Shown piece after piece: positions 14,426 to 22,659 of a stretch of 24,000 nt of DNA. Origin of the DNA: Aidingimonas lacisalsi (GTDB lineage Bacteria; Pseudomonadota; Gammaproteobacteria; Pseudomonadales; Halomonadaceae); assembly GCF_008079445.1 (NCBI RefSeq), contig NZ_VRYH01000001.1:481196-505195 (forward strand), read 5' to 3'. Positions within the stretch are counted from its first letter, which is position 1, and every line of letters starts with the position of its first letter. The translations under genes and the position numbers were made by a program. Under the pieces are notes generated by a model. That model ran no database searches and was not told the DNA's origin. It saw only the letters and a list, made by a program, of their open reading frames with translations.

Positions 14426-15214
14426 ATGATCAGGCACTGGGTGGATAAGCGTTGGTACGGTGCACTGGGCGTTGTCGTTGTATTAGGGGGCGTTGGACAA
14501 CCGACAGACGGACGGGCCGCGACGACCGATGTATCGGCGTTGGCTGATTCCCGTCAACTCAGCGATGACGAATTGGCCGGTATGCGCGGCCGTTTCATCG
14601 ATGGCAAAAGTGTCATGTTCTTCGGCGTCAGTATGGAGAGTGAATTCCGCACCGCGGGAGGTGATAGTCTGAAAGCGGGCGCCAATCTCCATGCCGATCT
14701 GATCAAAGGCAAAGCCAGTTTCAAACCACATATTACAGCCACGTCTATCGATAGCGATAAGGTGACAGCGAAAGGAAATAATAATGCGAATTTGAGCTAT
14801 AACGACCTCGGCAGTGGCAATGCGCGTGGCGTCGTGCAAACCATACAGGCGGCCGGTGATGGCAACGCTGCTGCCAACGAATTCGAACTCGATATCCAGA
14901 CATTTGCGAATGCGGCGCGTGGCGGACGAGTTTCCGGCAATGGTGAAACGTCTCTGAATACCGGTACAGCCAATCTGAGAGTTCGACAGAATGGACGCGG
15001 TATGGAAGTCGGTATCGACGTGCCAGGCCAGGGCCGTATCAAGCAGCAGCTCCGATCGGGGCAGGGGTTGCATCAGTCGGTGCAACTCAACAGCGATTTG
15101 CAGCAGGTGCGAAACGTGACACGGTTACAAGTCGGGGTGAAGCAGGCACTGGGTAACGCGTCAGGCTCCCAGCTCAAGCGTGCACTGGATTCGGCACGCG
15201 GCCTACGACGTTGA
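14426..15214 (+). CDS. fapE: FapE-like secreted minor amyloid-associated protein
   Basis: AAGGGGG lies 5 nt before the ATG at 14426. The signal peptide is ..WYGALGVVVVLGGVGQPTDGRA|A. It contains one Fap-type repeat (14807-14896, LGSGNARGVVQTIQAAGDGNAAANEFELDI). Fifth gene of the cluster. Confidence 0.6.
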   Translation: MIRHWVDKRWYGALGVVVVLGGVGQPTDGRAATTDVSALADSRQLSDDELAGMRGRFIDGKSVMFFGVSMESEFRTAGGDSLKAGANLHADLIKGKASFKPHITATSIDSDKVTAKGNNNANLSYNDLGSGNARGVVQTIQAAGDGNAAANEFELDIQTFANAARGGRVSGNGETSLNTGTANLRVRQNGRGMEVGIDVPGQGRIKQQLRSGQGLHQSVQLNSDLQQVRNVTRLQVGVKQALGNASGSQLKRALDSARGLRR

Positions 15215-15258
15215 CCGGACCGACATCGGTTTCGCAATCAGGTTGCTATTTTTTTATG

Positions 15259-15299
15259 GTGGCTGTCTCCGTAAGTTACGTGAGACGGCCACTTTTTCT
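15259..15299 (+). terminator. rho-independent terminator between fapE and fapF
   Basis: GTGGCTGTCTC (15259-15269) pairs with GAGACGGCCAC (15282-15292), with one G.U pair. The inner CGT/ACG pairs can extend the stem. TTTTTCTG follows. Confidence 0.65.
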
Positions 15300-15500
15300 G
15301 CATTGTTGATGTTCCGTGATATTGACGTCAACGCGCCGACATTTCTGTCGACTACACTGCCTAGTGCATCAGACGTTCATGAACAACAAAACGGTAATGC
15401 AGTGATCGGGAAAGTGTCGGAATTCTGCTCGACAGGATTCAGTCTCAGCCCATCGAATACCATCAACAACCCAGGGAATCGATAGTCAGGGGAGTGGATA

Positions 15501-16613
15501 ATGCGAATGACCAAGGTTGCCGATCCTCAACTGAGTCTCAAGCCGTATCTCACCGCTGTCACATTGTGTGTGGGTAGTGCGTGGGCCACATCAGCCTGGG
15601 CTCAAGGGGATGTATCGCCGGGGGGCGATGGAGACGGGGAGGTTGTCAGGGAGGCCGGCCCCACGCAAAGCGTCCAGAATGTGCTCCGTGAGGAACATGC
15701 GCTGTTCTCGGATCGACTGACGATCGAACCCGGGATCAGTTATGCCTATTCGGATCGTAGCCAGTTGGCTCTGAGTGGTTTCCTGGCGCTGGATGCCATT
15801 TTCCTGGGGGAAATCGATGTCGATACCGTCTCGAGCCATATCACCACGTTCGATCTCAACTTTCGTTACGGGGTAACCGAGCGCCTGGAATTCGAACTCA
15901 ATTTCCCGTTCCTGTATCGCAGCAGTACCTATGAGAGCACCGGAGGGGGTGGTGCGGGTGAAGATGACCCCAATGTCGAGGATTCCGTGAGCGAGGCCGG
16001 ATTGGGGGATATCAGTGCCTCACTTAATTACCGGTTGTTGAATGAAACCGCGCAACGCCCCGATCTGGTCTGGAATTTTGGTGTCCGTGCGCCGACAGGA
16101 AACGATCCCTTCGGTATCCCGACACGTCGAGTGGAAGGCAGTGAAGGTAATATAGAGATTCCGACTGAATTGCCGACGGGTAATGGCGTCTGGGCCGTTT
16201 CCACGGGCTTCTCGGTGCTCAAGACGGTCGATCCTGCCATTCTCTTTGCCAACGCTGGCTACACGTATAATTTCGAAGAGAGTTTTGGCGATATCGATGC
16301 CGCGGAAGGCAATCAACCGGGTGATGTCGAGCTGGGTGATTCCTTCAACCTGGGATTTGGCACAGCGTTTGCCCTGAATGAGCGGTTGAGCTTGTCGATG
16401 TCCTACGCGCACCAACACAGCTTCAAATCCGAGACGACCCAGAACGGGGTTACCGAAGAGATCGTGGGGAGTGATGCCAATGTAGGCACCATGAATTTCG
16501 GCGCCACCTATGCGCTGAGCGACGATACCTCACTGGTCACCAACGTGGCGGTTGGCTTGACCGACGATGCCTCGGACTTGACGGTCTCGTTCCGGATGCC
16601 CTTCCAGTTCTAG
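15501..16613 (+). CDS. fapF: FapF-like outer-membrane amyloid-secretion beta-barrel
   Basis: GGGGAG RBS. The signal peptide is ..LCVGSAWATSAWA|QG. An N-terminal soluble segment is followed by barrel blocks (GVTERLEFELNFPFLYR, GLGDISA, DPAILFANAGYTYN, ALNERLSLS, GLTDDASD). The C-terminus is RMPFQF. Sixth gene of the cluster. Confidence 0.8.
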   Translation: MRMTKVADPQLSLKPYLTAVTLCVGSAWATSAWAQGDVSPGGDGDGEVVREAGPTQSVQNVLREEHALFSDRLTIEPGISYAYSDRSQLALSGFLALDAIFLGEIDVDTVSSHITTFDLNFRYGVTERLEFELNFPFLYRSSTYESTGGGGAGEDDPNVEDSVSEAGLGDISASLNYRLLNETAQRPDLVWNFGVRAPTGNDPFGIPTRRVEGSEGNIEIPTELPTGNGVWAVSTGFSVLKTVDPAILFANAGYTYNFEESFGDIDAAEGNQPGDVELGDSFNLGFGTAFALNERLSLSMSYAHQHSFKSETTQNGVTEEIVGSDANVGTMNFGATYALSDDTSLVTNVAVGLTDDASDLTVSFRMPFQF

Positions 16614-16643
16614 CGGCGTTCACACCTGTATCAGGATGCCGTG

Positions 16644-16676
16644 TTGAGCCGCTCATGCGTAAGCAGAGCGGCTCAA
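16644..16676. terminator. hairpin between convergent fapF and the EBP gene
   Basis: TTGAGCCGCTC (16644-16654), 11-nt loop, GAGCGGCTCAA (16666-16676) form a perfect 11-bp stem. It overlaps the EBP stop codon (16673-16675). The flanking T/A tracts are weak. Confidence 0.45.
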
Positions 16677-18037
16677 TGTTTGATGTCAGGCGTTTCATTC
16701 CGGGTGATCTGGTGTTTATCGATCAAGCGGTACAGTGTGACTCGCGACACACCGAGTTCCTTGGCAGCGTTCTGTACCTTGAACTTGTTTCGTGCCAAGG
16801 CAGCGATCAAAGCCTCGCGTTCTGCGGCATCACGAGCTTGTTCCAGTGTCAGGATTTCCCGGCTGTTCAAGCGCCGTTCGAGTCCCATGTCGGCAGGACG
16901 GATCAGACGCCGTTCACACATCACCATGGCTCGACGCACTCGGTTGATGAGTTCGCGGATATTACCTGGCCAGTCGTACTGCCGCATGAGTGCCAGGGTT
17001 TCCTGGCTGAAGCCACGCAGTTGTACCGGTTTCTCATTGGCGAACTTATCGAAGAAAAAACGTGCGAGGACTTCGATATCTTCCTGGCGCTCGCGTAACG
17101 GTGGCACATTGATCTGAAGAACATTGAGCCGATGGTATAGATCTTCACGAAAACGCCCTTCACGCACCGCAGCTTCCAGGTCGACATGGGTCGCGGCCAA
17201 TATACGAACATCGACATTGATCTCCTTCAGGCCGCCGAGTCGCTGAATCTGGTGATCCTGAAGAAAGCGTAAGAGATTGACTTGCATATCCAAAGGTAGA
17301 TCGCCAATCTCATCGAGGAATAGCGTACCGCCGGAGGCTGACTCGATTCGTCCGATCTTGCGTTGTGTCGCACCGGTGAAGGCACCTTTTTCGTGGCCGA
17401 AGAGTTCCGCTTGGATCAAGTTCGAAGGCAGTGCGCCGCAATTGACGGCCACGAACGGCCCTTGGGCGCGGGCTGATCGCTCGTGAATGGCATGGGCGGC
17501 CAACTCCTTGCCGGTTCCGGACTCGCCGCTGATGAACACTGGGGCATCGACAGCCGCCACTCGGCGAATCATCTCGAAGAGCTTGTGCATCTCTGGCGTC
17601 GTGCCAACCATTTCGTAGTCTTCGGAACCGAGTTGGCTGTCTTTGCCGAGAATGGGGTTCAGCCTGGCCATGGCGAGCGCGTGGTTGAGCAGACAATCGA
17701 CCTGGCCTACGTCCATGGGCAAGGTATGATAGGCATAGAAAAGCTGGCTTAATGCGCGACAGCTATAGTGATCACTCAATGCCATGTCATCGACCAATGC
17801 GACCCACTCCATGGGGTGGGACATCACCAACTTCTCGGCGTCCTTATGATGATGTTGTTGGCAGAAGTCGACGTACATCAATCCGACATCACAAGGATTT
17901 GAGTGGATCAGTTCGTTGGCTTCGAAGGTGTCGTCGGCACATTGAATTGACCATCCACGCTGGACCATATCATTGATGATCGGTGGGGTATGATGGTGTG
18001 GAGCACCTACGAACAACAGTCGTTTTGCAACTTCCAT
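16673..18037 (-). CDS. sigma-54-dependent enhancer-binding protein (VpsR-like architecture), canonical GAFTGA
   Basis: Walker [15 protein letters not shown] (17369-17386), Walker [10 protein letters not shown], and a Fis-type HTH ([16 protein letters not shown]). The N-terminal receiver-like domain lacks the acidic pair ([10 protein letters not shown]). Paralog of 9123-10550. Confidence 0.9.
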   Translation of the reverse strand: MEVAKRLLFVGAPHHHTPPIINDMVQRGWSIQCADDTFEANELIHSNPCDVGLMYVDFCQQHHHKDAEKLVMSHPMEWVALVDDMALSDHYSCRALSQLFYAYHTLPMDVGQVDCLLNHALAMARLNPILGKDSQLGSEDYEMVGTTPEMHKLFEMIRRVAAVDAPVFISGESGTGKELAAHAIHERSARAQGPFVAVNCGALPSNLIQAELFGHEKGAFTGATQRKIGRIESASGGTLFLDEIGDLPLDMQVNLLRFLQDHQIQRLGGLKEINVDVRILAATHVDLEAAVREGRFREDLYHRLNVLQINVPPLRERQEDIEVLARFFFDKFANEKPVQLRGFSQETLALMRQYDWPGNIRELINRVRRAMVMCERRLIRPADMGLERRLNSREILTLEQARDAAEREALIAALARNKFKVQNAAKELGVSRVTLYRLIDKHQITRNETPDIKH

Positions 18038-18111
18038 AAGTCTCTTCTCATGTTCCCGGCATTATTGGCATACTGATTGAACAGTGTTCATGACGTCGGC
18101 ATGCACACCAC

Positions 18112-18807
18112 TCAATGCCTTATGGACGAGTGGTTATCGTCATCGACCTTTGTCGCCAGGTTGATAGGCATGGCGCCCAGGTTTTGCCTTGCCCAGTTCA
18201 TTGCCTGGATACGGTTGTGTACCTTGATTTTGCGAAACACGTTGTAGAGATGTGATTTGACCGTGTGTTCACTGACGAACAGCCGTTCGGCAATTTCTGA
18301 GTTGGACGCTCCGGAGCCGAGCAACCCGATGATCTCCAACTCTCGGTGCGTCAAGCCACAAATCGGTCGATAAGCGTTGCGTTGCTGGCGTCGGTAGAAG
18401 TCGATCAGACGTGTCATCAGCGAACGGGATATCCACAGGTCGCCTTCGAGCAGTTTGCTGATTCCCTTGCAGATCAGCATCAGGCTGTCGCTGCGGTAGA
18501 AGACGCCCTGCAGATGAAATTTGGCCAGCACATCGGCTGCATGATCTTCGTCGCGCAGGTTGAAGGCCGCCAGGTACATATCGGACCCCTCCAGGGTATG
18601 GTAATACCACTGCTGGAGGGTCTCGTCATCGACATGGTCGGCATCCATGAGCACGAGGGTCGTTTCTTCCTCGTGCAGTTCGTGGTTCTCATGCAATCCC
18701 TTGACGGCGACTGGGCATTGTAATTGCTGATGAATGTAATCGATGAACAGCTGAGATTGGGGATTCGCATCGGTGACGAGAAGCACCGACCCCTTAGCTT
18801 GATCCAT
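18112..18807 (-). CDS. CsgD/VpsT-family LuxR-type biofilm regulator
   Basis: The protein is colinear with CsgD: LLVTD.., LQGVFY, and LTHRELEIIGLLGSGASNSEIAERLFVSEHTVKSHLYNVFRKIKVHNRIQAMNWARQNL (CsgD has [50 protein letters not shown]). The WISR motif lies at 18424-18435. Confidence 0.85.
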   Translation of the reverse strand: MDQAKGSVLLVTDANPQSQLFIDYIHQQLQCPVAVKGLHENHELHEEETTLVLMDADHVDDETLQQWYYHTLEGSDMYLAAFNLRDEDHAADVLAKFHLQGVFYRSDSLMLICKGISKLLEGDLWISRSLMTRLIDFYRRQQRNAYRPICGLTHRELEIIGLLGSGASNSEIAERLFVSEHTVKSHLYNVFRKIKVHNRIQAMNWARQNLGAMPINLATKVDDDNHSSIRH

Positions 18808-19216
18808 GACCCTGCTCCTTTCTTATGGGAAACGCGATGCGTCAACGGTATGACAGTGTTAGGAAAGCCCCTCTCTCTAACTTTAATCCAAAGACCAGAT
18901 ATGTAAAGTTAAGTTACAGGTAAAATTAATTCTTTTTGTCTGGCTTTTCATGTTTTACTTTATTAGTATAAAAATACTATATAAATCATGAATATGCATC
19001 ATGTTATTTATTTATTGCAGGAATAAGTAAGCAGGTTAATAAAAACATTAATACTTTAACTTTTGTAAATTTAGATTCTTGATCCCTAAGTATGAGCTAA
19101 ATCATACCGCTCTCATGTTCTGGCGAGGGTGTGGTAGAACCTTATGTTTTACATGAAAATTCTCAGCGTTCTTTTGAAAGCGTAGAATAGGCGGCCCCAT
19201 AGCGAGGATGATGGAA

Positions 19217-19813
19217 ATGCCGGGAAATAATACATTGGTATTGGCCAGTGGGAACACTGGAAAAATAAATGAATTCAATAAGTTATTGTCGCCACTGGGG
19301 GTTGAGGTCGTTTCTCAGCGCGATTTCGACGTACCCAATGTCGAAGAAAGCGGACTCACCTTTGTCGAGAATGCGCTTCTCAAGGCGCGTCAAGCATGCC
19401 GGGTCAGCGGCCTGCCTGCGCTTGCCGACGATTCCGGCCTGGAGGTGGACGCCCTGAACGGTGCTCCGGGAATTTATTCAGCCCGTTACGCAGGTGAACC
19501 CTCCAGCGACGATGCCAACAATGACAAACTGCTGACTGCCATGGCTGACGTACCGGAAGGGCAGCGCAGTGGGCGTTATTGGTGTGTACTGGTCTATCTA
19601 CGTCATGCCGAGGATCCGGTGCCTCTTATCGTCCAACGCCATTGGGAGGGCGAAATCCTGGCACATCCTCGTGGTGATGGTGGCTTCGGCTATGACCCGC
19701 TGTTCTGGGTCGGCGAGTCGGGGATGAGTGCAGCAGAACTGTCGTCGGACGAGAAGAATCGGCTTAGCCATCGTGGTCGTGCGATGCAAGCGTTACTGGA
19801 ACGGTGGTGCTGA
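19217..19813 (+). CDS. rdgB: dITP/XTP pyrophosphatase RdgB (Ham1 family)
   Basis: LASGNTGKINEF, FVENALLKAR, ADDSGLEVDALNGAPGIYSARYAG, GFGYDPLF, KNRLSHRGRA. GAGG lies 9 nt before the ATG at 19217; in-frame alternatives are 19208 and 19211. Confidence 0.9.
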   Translation: MPGNNTLVLASGNTGKINEFNKLLSPLGVEVVSQRDFDVPNVEESGLTFVENALLKARQACRVSGLPALADDSGLEVDALNGAPGIYSARYAGEPSSDDANNDKLLTAMADVPEGQRSGRYWCVLVYLRHAEDPVPLIVQRHWEGEILAHPRGDGGFGYDPLFWVGESGMSAAELSSDEKNRLSHRGRAMQALLERWC

Positions 19814-19819
19814 TACATT

Positions 19820-21001
19820 ATGAGTCTGCCTGATCGATTCTTACCTCCCCTGGCGCTTTACGTCCATGTACCCTGGTGCGTCCGCAAGTGCCCCTATTGC
19901 GATTTCAATTCCCATGGCGTGGGTCATCAGGCGGAGCTTCCTGAAGAGGCTTACCTGCAGGCACTGTTGACCGATCTGGATGACGATCTGGCGTTGGCAT
20001 CGCCGCGCGAGCTGAAAAGTCTGTTTATCGGTGGTGGAACACCCAGCTTGATGTCGCCGGGATTCTATCGGCAGTTTCTGGATGAGCTCAGGGAACGCCT
20101 CCCTTTCGCGGATGATATAGAGATCACCCTGGAAGCCAACCCGGGAGCAATCGAGCAGGGGCGGTTCCAGGGTTTTCGTCAAGCAGGGATCAATCGGCTA
20201 TCTCTCGGTGTGCAGAGCTTTCAGGCCGAGCAACTCACGGTTCTGGGCCGAATCCATGGAGCGGACGACGCTTGTCGGGCCGTGCAGTCTGCCCGGCAAG
20301 CCGGATTCGATAACCTCAACATCGATCTGATGCATGGACTGCCAGGTCAGGATGTGGCGTCAGCGCTGGCCGATCTGGAGACGGCGTTGTCGTTAACGCC
20401 CGAGCATCTCTCCTGGTATCAATTGACGCTTGAACCCAACACCGAATTCTACTCCAGTCCGCCAACGCTGCCTTCGGATGATCTACTTGGGGATATTCAG
20501 GAAGCCGGTCAGGAGCGCCTGGATGCCGCCGGGTTCCGTCAGTATGAGATATCGGCTTACGCACGTAGCGGTCGAATGGCGCAACACAACCTCAACTACT
20601 GGATGTTCGGCGACTATCTAGGCATCGGGGCGGGGGCTCATGGCAAATTGAGCGCGTTGTCCGCTGAGGGAGAGTTCGATATCGAGCGGCGTTGGAAGAC
20701 TCGCCAGCCTGAAGCGTATCTACGTCGTCGCCAGGATCCGCGCGGTTTCGTCGCTGGTCGAGAACCGGTCTTGCCTGTTTCACTGCCCCTGGAATTTGCC
20801 ATGAATGCCTTGAGACTGATAGACGGCGTGCCAATGTCGACATGGGAAGCGCATACCGGGCGTCCAGTCAGCGACCTCGAAACGCATCTGTCATCGTTAC
20901 GCAAAAAAGGACTTCTTGTGCAAGATGCCGAATGGCTTCAAGCCACCCCCCAGGGTCTATTATTCTTGAATGACGTCCTGGCATCGATCAGCGATGACTG
21001 A
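19820..21001 (+). CDS. hemW: radical SAM family heme chaperone HemW (HemN-like, oxygen-independent coproporphyrinogen oxidase-like)
   Basis: The CX3CX2C radical-SAM motif HVPWCVRKCPYCDFNS is present, along with GGGTPS and HNLNYW. It directly follows rdgB, as in the conserved yggV-yggW pair. Confidence 0.9.
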   Translation: MSLPDRFLPPLALYVHVPWCVRKCPYCDFNSHGVGHQAELPEEAYLQALLTDLDDDLALASPRELKSLFIGGGTPSLMSPGFYRQFLDELRERLPFADDIEITLEANPGAIEQGRFQGFRQAGINRLSLGVQSFQAEQLTVLGRIHGADDACRAVQSARQAGFDNLNIDLMHGLPGQDVASALADLETALSLTPEHLSWYQLTLEPNTEFYSSPPTLPSDDLLGDIQEAGQERLDAAGFRQYEISAYARSGRMAQHNLNYWMFGDYLGIGAGAHGKLSALSAEGEFDIERRWKTRQPEAYLRRRQDPRGFVAGREPVLPVSLPLEFAMNALRLIDGVPMSTWEAHTGRPVSDLETHLSSLRKKGLLVQDAEWLQATPQGLLFLNDVLASISDD

Positions 21002-21037
21002 TGCCGGGGTCGTCCCGTTTTTTCAAGGAGTGATTGT

Positions 21038-21727
21038 ATGATGCCCAAGTTCGTGCGCTTCATTAGCCCCCTTGCCGCTGCCGTCATCGTGGCAGGTTGC
21101 GCTACCACGGATCCCAATACCGGGGAAACGCGTCGCAATAATACCGGGACCGGTGCCGGTATCGGTGCTGCTGTCGGTGCAGTTGCCGGCGCCCTCAGTG
21201 GCGATGGCAGCTCCAGTCGACGCGATCGCGCGCTCATTGGCGCTGCCGTTGGGGCGGCAGCCGGGGGCGGTATCGGTGCCTACATGGATCGTCAGGAAGC
21301 TGAATTGCGTGAGCGGATGCAGGGGACTGGTATTGGTGTCGAACGCACCGGGGATGACATTACTCTCAATATGCCCGACAGCGTTACCTTTGCATTCGAT
21401 TCCAGTGAACTGACCAGTGAAGCTCGCCGTGCCCTGGACGATGTCACCGACGTGTTGCGACAGTATCCTGAGACGCGAATCAATATTGCCGGCCATACTG
21501 ACAGCACCGGTTCCGAGGCGTATAACCAGCGTCTGTCGGAACGTCGGGCCGAAGCGGTTGGCGGGTATCTGCAACAAGGCGGCGTCAATGCCAGCCGTTT
21601 GAGCATGGCTGGTTACGGCGAGAGCCAGCCGGTGGCGAGCAATGAGACCGATCAGGGGCGGGCGCAAAACCGTCGGGTCGAGGTCACATTGTCACCGATG
21701 CAGCAGGCGGGGCAATCCGGCCAGTAA
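21038..21727 (+). CDS. OmpA-family lipoprotein with glycine-zipper N-terminal region
   Basis: AAGGAG RBS. The lipobox is AAVIVAG|C. Gly-zipper tracts are present (GTGAGIGAAVGAVAGA, IGAAVGAAAGGGIGA). The C-terminal OmpA domain has GHTDSTGSEAYNQRLSERRAEAV and GRAQNRRVEV. Confidence 0.85.
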   Translation: MMPKFVRFISPLAAAVIVAGCATTDPNTGETRRNNTGTGAGIGAAVGAVAGALSGDGSSSRRDRALIGAAVGAAAGGGIGAYMDRQEAELRERMQGTGIGVERTGDDITLNMPDSVTFAFDSSELTSEARRALDDVTDVLRQYPETRINIAGHTDSTGSEAYNQRLSERRAEAVGGYLQQGGVNASRLSMAGYGESQPVASNETDQGRAQNRRVEVTLSPMQQAGQSGQ

Positions 21728-21745
21728 AGCGACTTCTTATCCCGG

Positions 21746-21770
21746 CCCGCCGCTGGGCGGCGGGTTCCTT
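21746..21770 (+). terminator. hairpin terminator after the OmpA-family gene
   Basis: CCCGCCGC (21746-21753), loop TGG, GCGGCGGG (21757-21764), followed by TTCCTT. Confidence 0.45.
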
Positions 21771-21790
21771 GAGTTCAGTCGAGATATGTC

Positions 21791-22648
21791 ATGCTCGCTT
21801 ACCAGCATGCCTACCATGCAGGCAATATGGCTGATGTGCATAAGCACTTGGCCCTGTATGGCGTGATTCGGCATTTGCACAGGAAGGCGTCGGCGGTTAC
21901 CTATATCGATACCCATGCGGGTCGAGGGATATATCCGCTGTCCGCGCCTGAAACACGTAAACTGGCAGAATATCGCCAGGGAGTGGCTCCTTTATGGGAT
22001 GCGCGCAACGTGATTGACAGTGATACGCTGTTGAAAGCGTGGTTGCTGGCGCTGGACCCCTTGCAAACCAGCCACGAGGGTGGCTTGACCCACTATCCAG
22101 GTTCACCTTGGTGGTTGGCCGAAGGGCTCCGTTCACAGGATCGGCTACAGTTGTTTGAGTTGCATCCAGGCGAGCACACTCAACTTACCCACCAAGCGTT
22201 ACCCGACAACGTTCGCTGTCGTCATGCTGATGGATTGACAGGTATCGTGGAGATGATGCCGCCATCCACACCGCGAGTCTGCGCCTTGATCGACCCCAGT
22301 TATGAGCGCAAGGAAGAGTATCAGGAAGTCGCGGACACGCTGATTACACTCTCGCATAAGGTTCGACATGCCATCGTGTTGGTGTGGTATCCCTTACTGT
22401 CGGCAGGAAGGCACCATTCAATGCTCGAGCGACTGCGAAACGCCGGGGTACATAAACTTTGGCGGAGCGAGCTCCGTTGGCGTGCCCCAGTGACCAATGG
22501 ACATGGAATGTACGGTAGCGGCCTGTTGGTATTCAATCCACCGTGGGGGTTGGATGAACGACTCGCGGCCAGCATGGAGTGCGTTTTACCGGTGTGCTCG
22601 AACGAAGCCCACTATCATGCTGACTGGTGGATGCCGGAGTCGTCATGA
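21791..22648 (+). CDS. rlmJ: 23S rRNA (adenine2030-N6)-methyltransferase RlmJ
   Basis: The N-terminus MLAYQHAYHAGNMADVHKH is characteristic of RlmJ. A DPSYE catalytic-type motif is present (ALIDPSYERKEEY), and the length is ~285 aa. Confidence 0.85.
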   Translation: MLAYQHAYHAGNMADVHKHLALYGVIRHLHRKASAVTYIDTHAGRGIYPLSAPETRKLAEYRQGVAPLWDARNVIDSDTLLKAWLLALDPLQTSHEGGLTHYPGSPWWLAEGLRSQDRLQLFELHPGEHTQLTHQALPDNVRCRHADGLTGIVEMMPPSTPRVCALIDPSYERKEEYQEVADTLITLSHKVRHAIVLVWYPLLSAGRHHSMLERLRNAGVHKLWRSELRWRAPVTNGHGMYGSGLLVFNPPWGLDERLAASMECVLPVCSNEAHYHADWWMPESS

Positions 22649-22659
22649 CTGGGGTCACG

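Noticed and set aside
15180-15485. 101-aa ORF spanning the fapE-fapF spacer.
   Set aside because: It overlaps the fapE 3' end out of frame, runs through the terminator hairpin and has no RBS. It is probably spurious.
16641-17117. + strand ORFs (158 and 147 aa) antisense to the EBP gene, and similar antisense ORFs in hemL, the kinase gene and mnmE.
   Set aside because: These are typical shadow ORFs opposite strongly supported genes, with Arg/Ser-rich products and no motifs.
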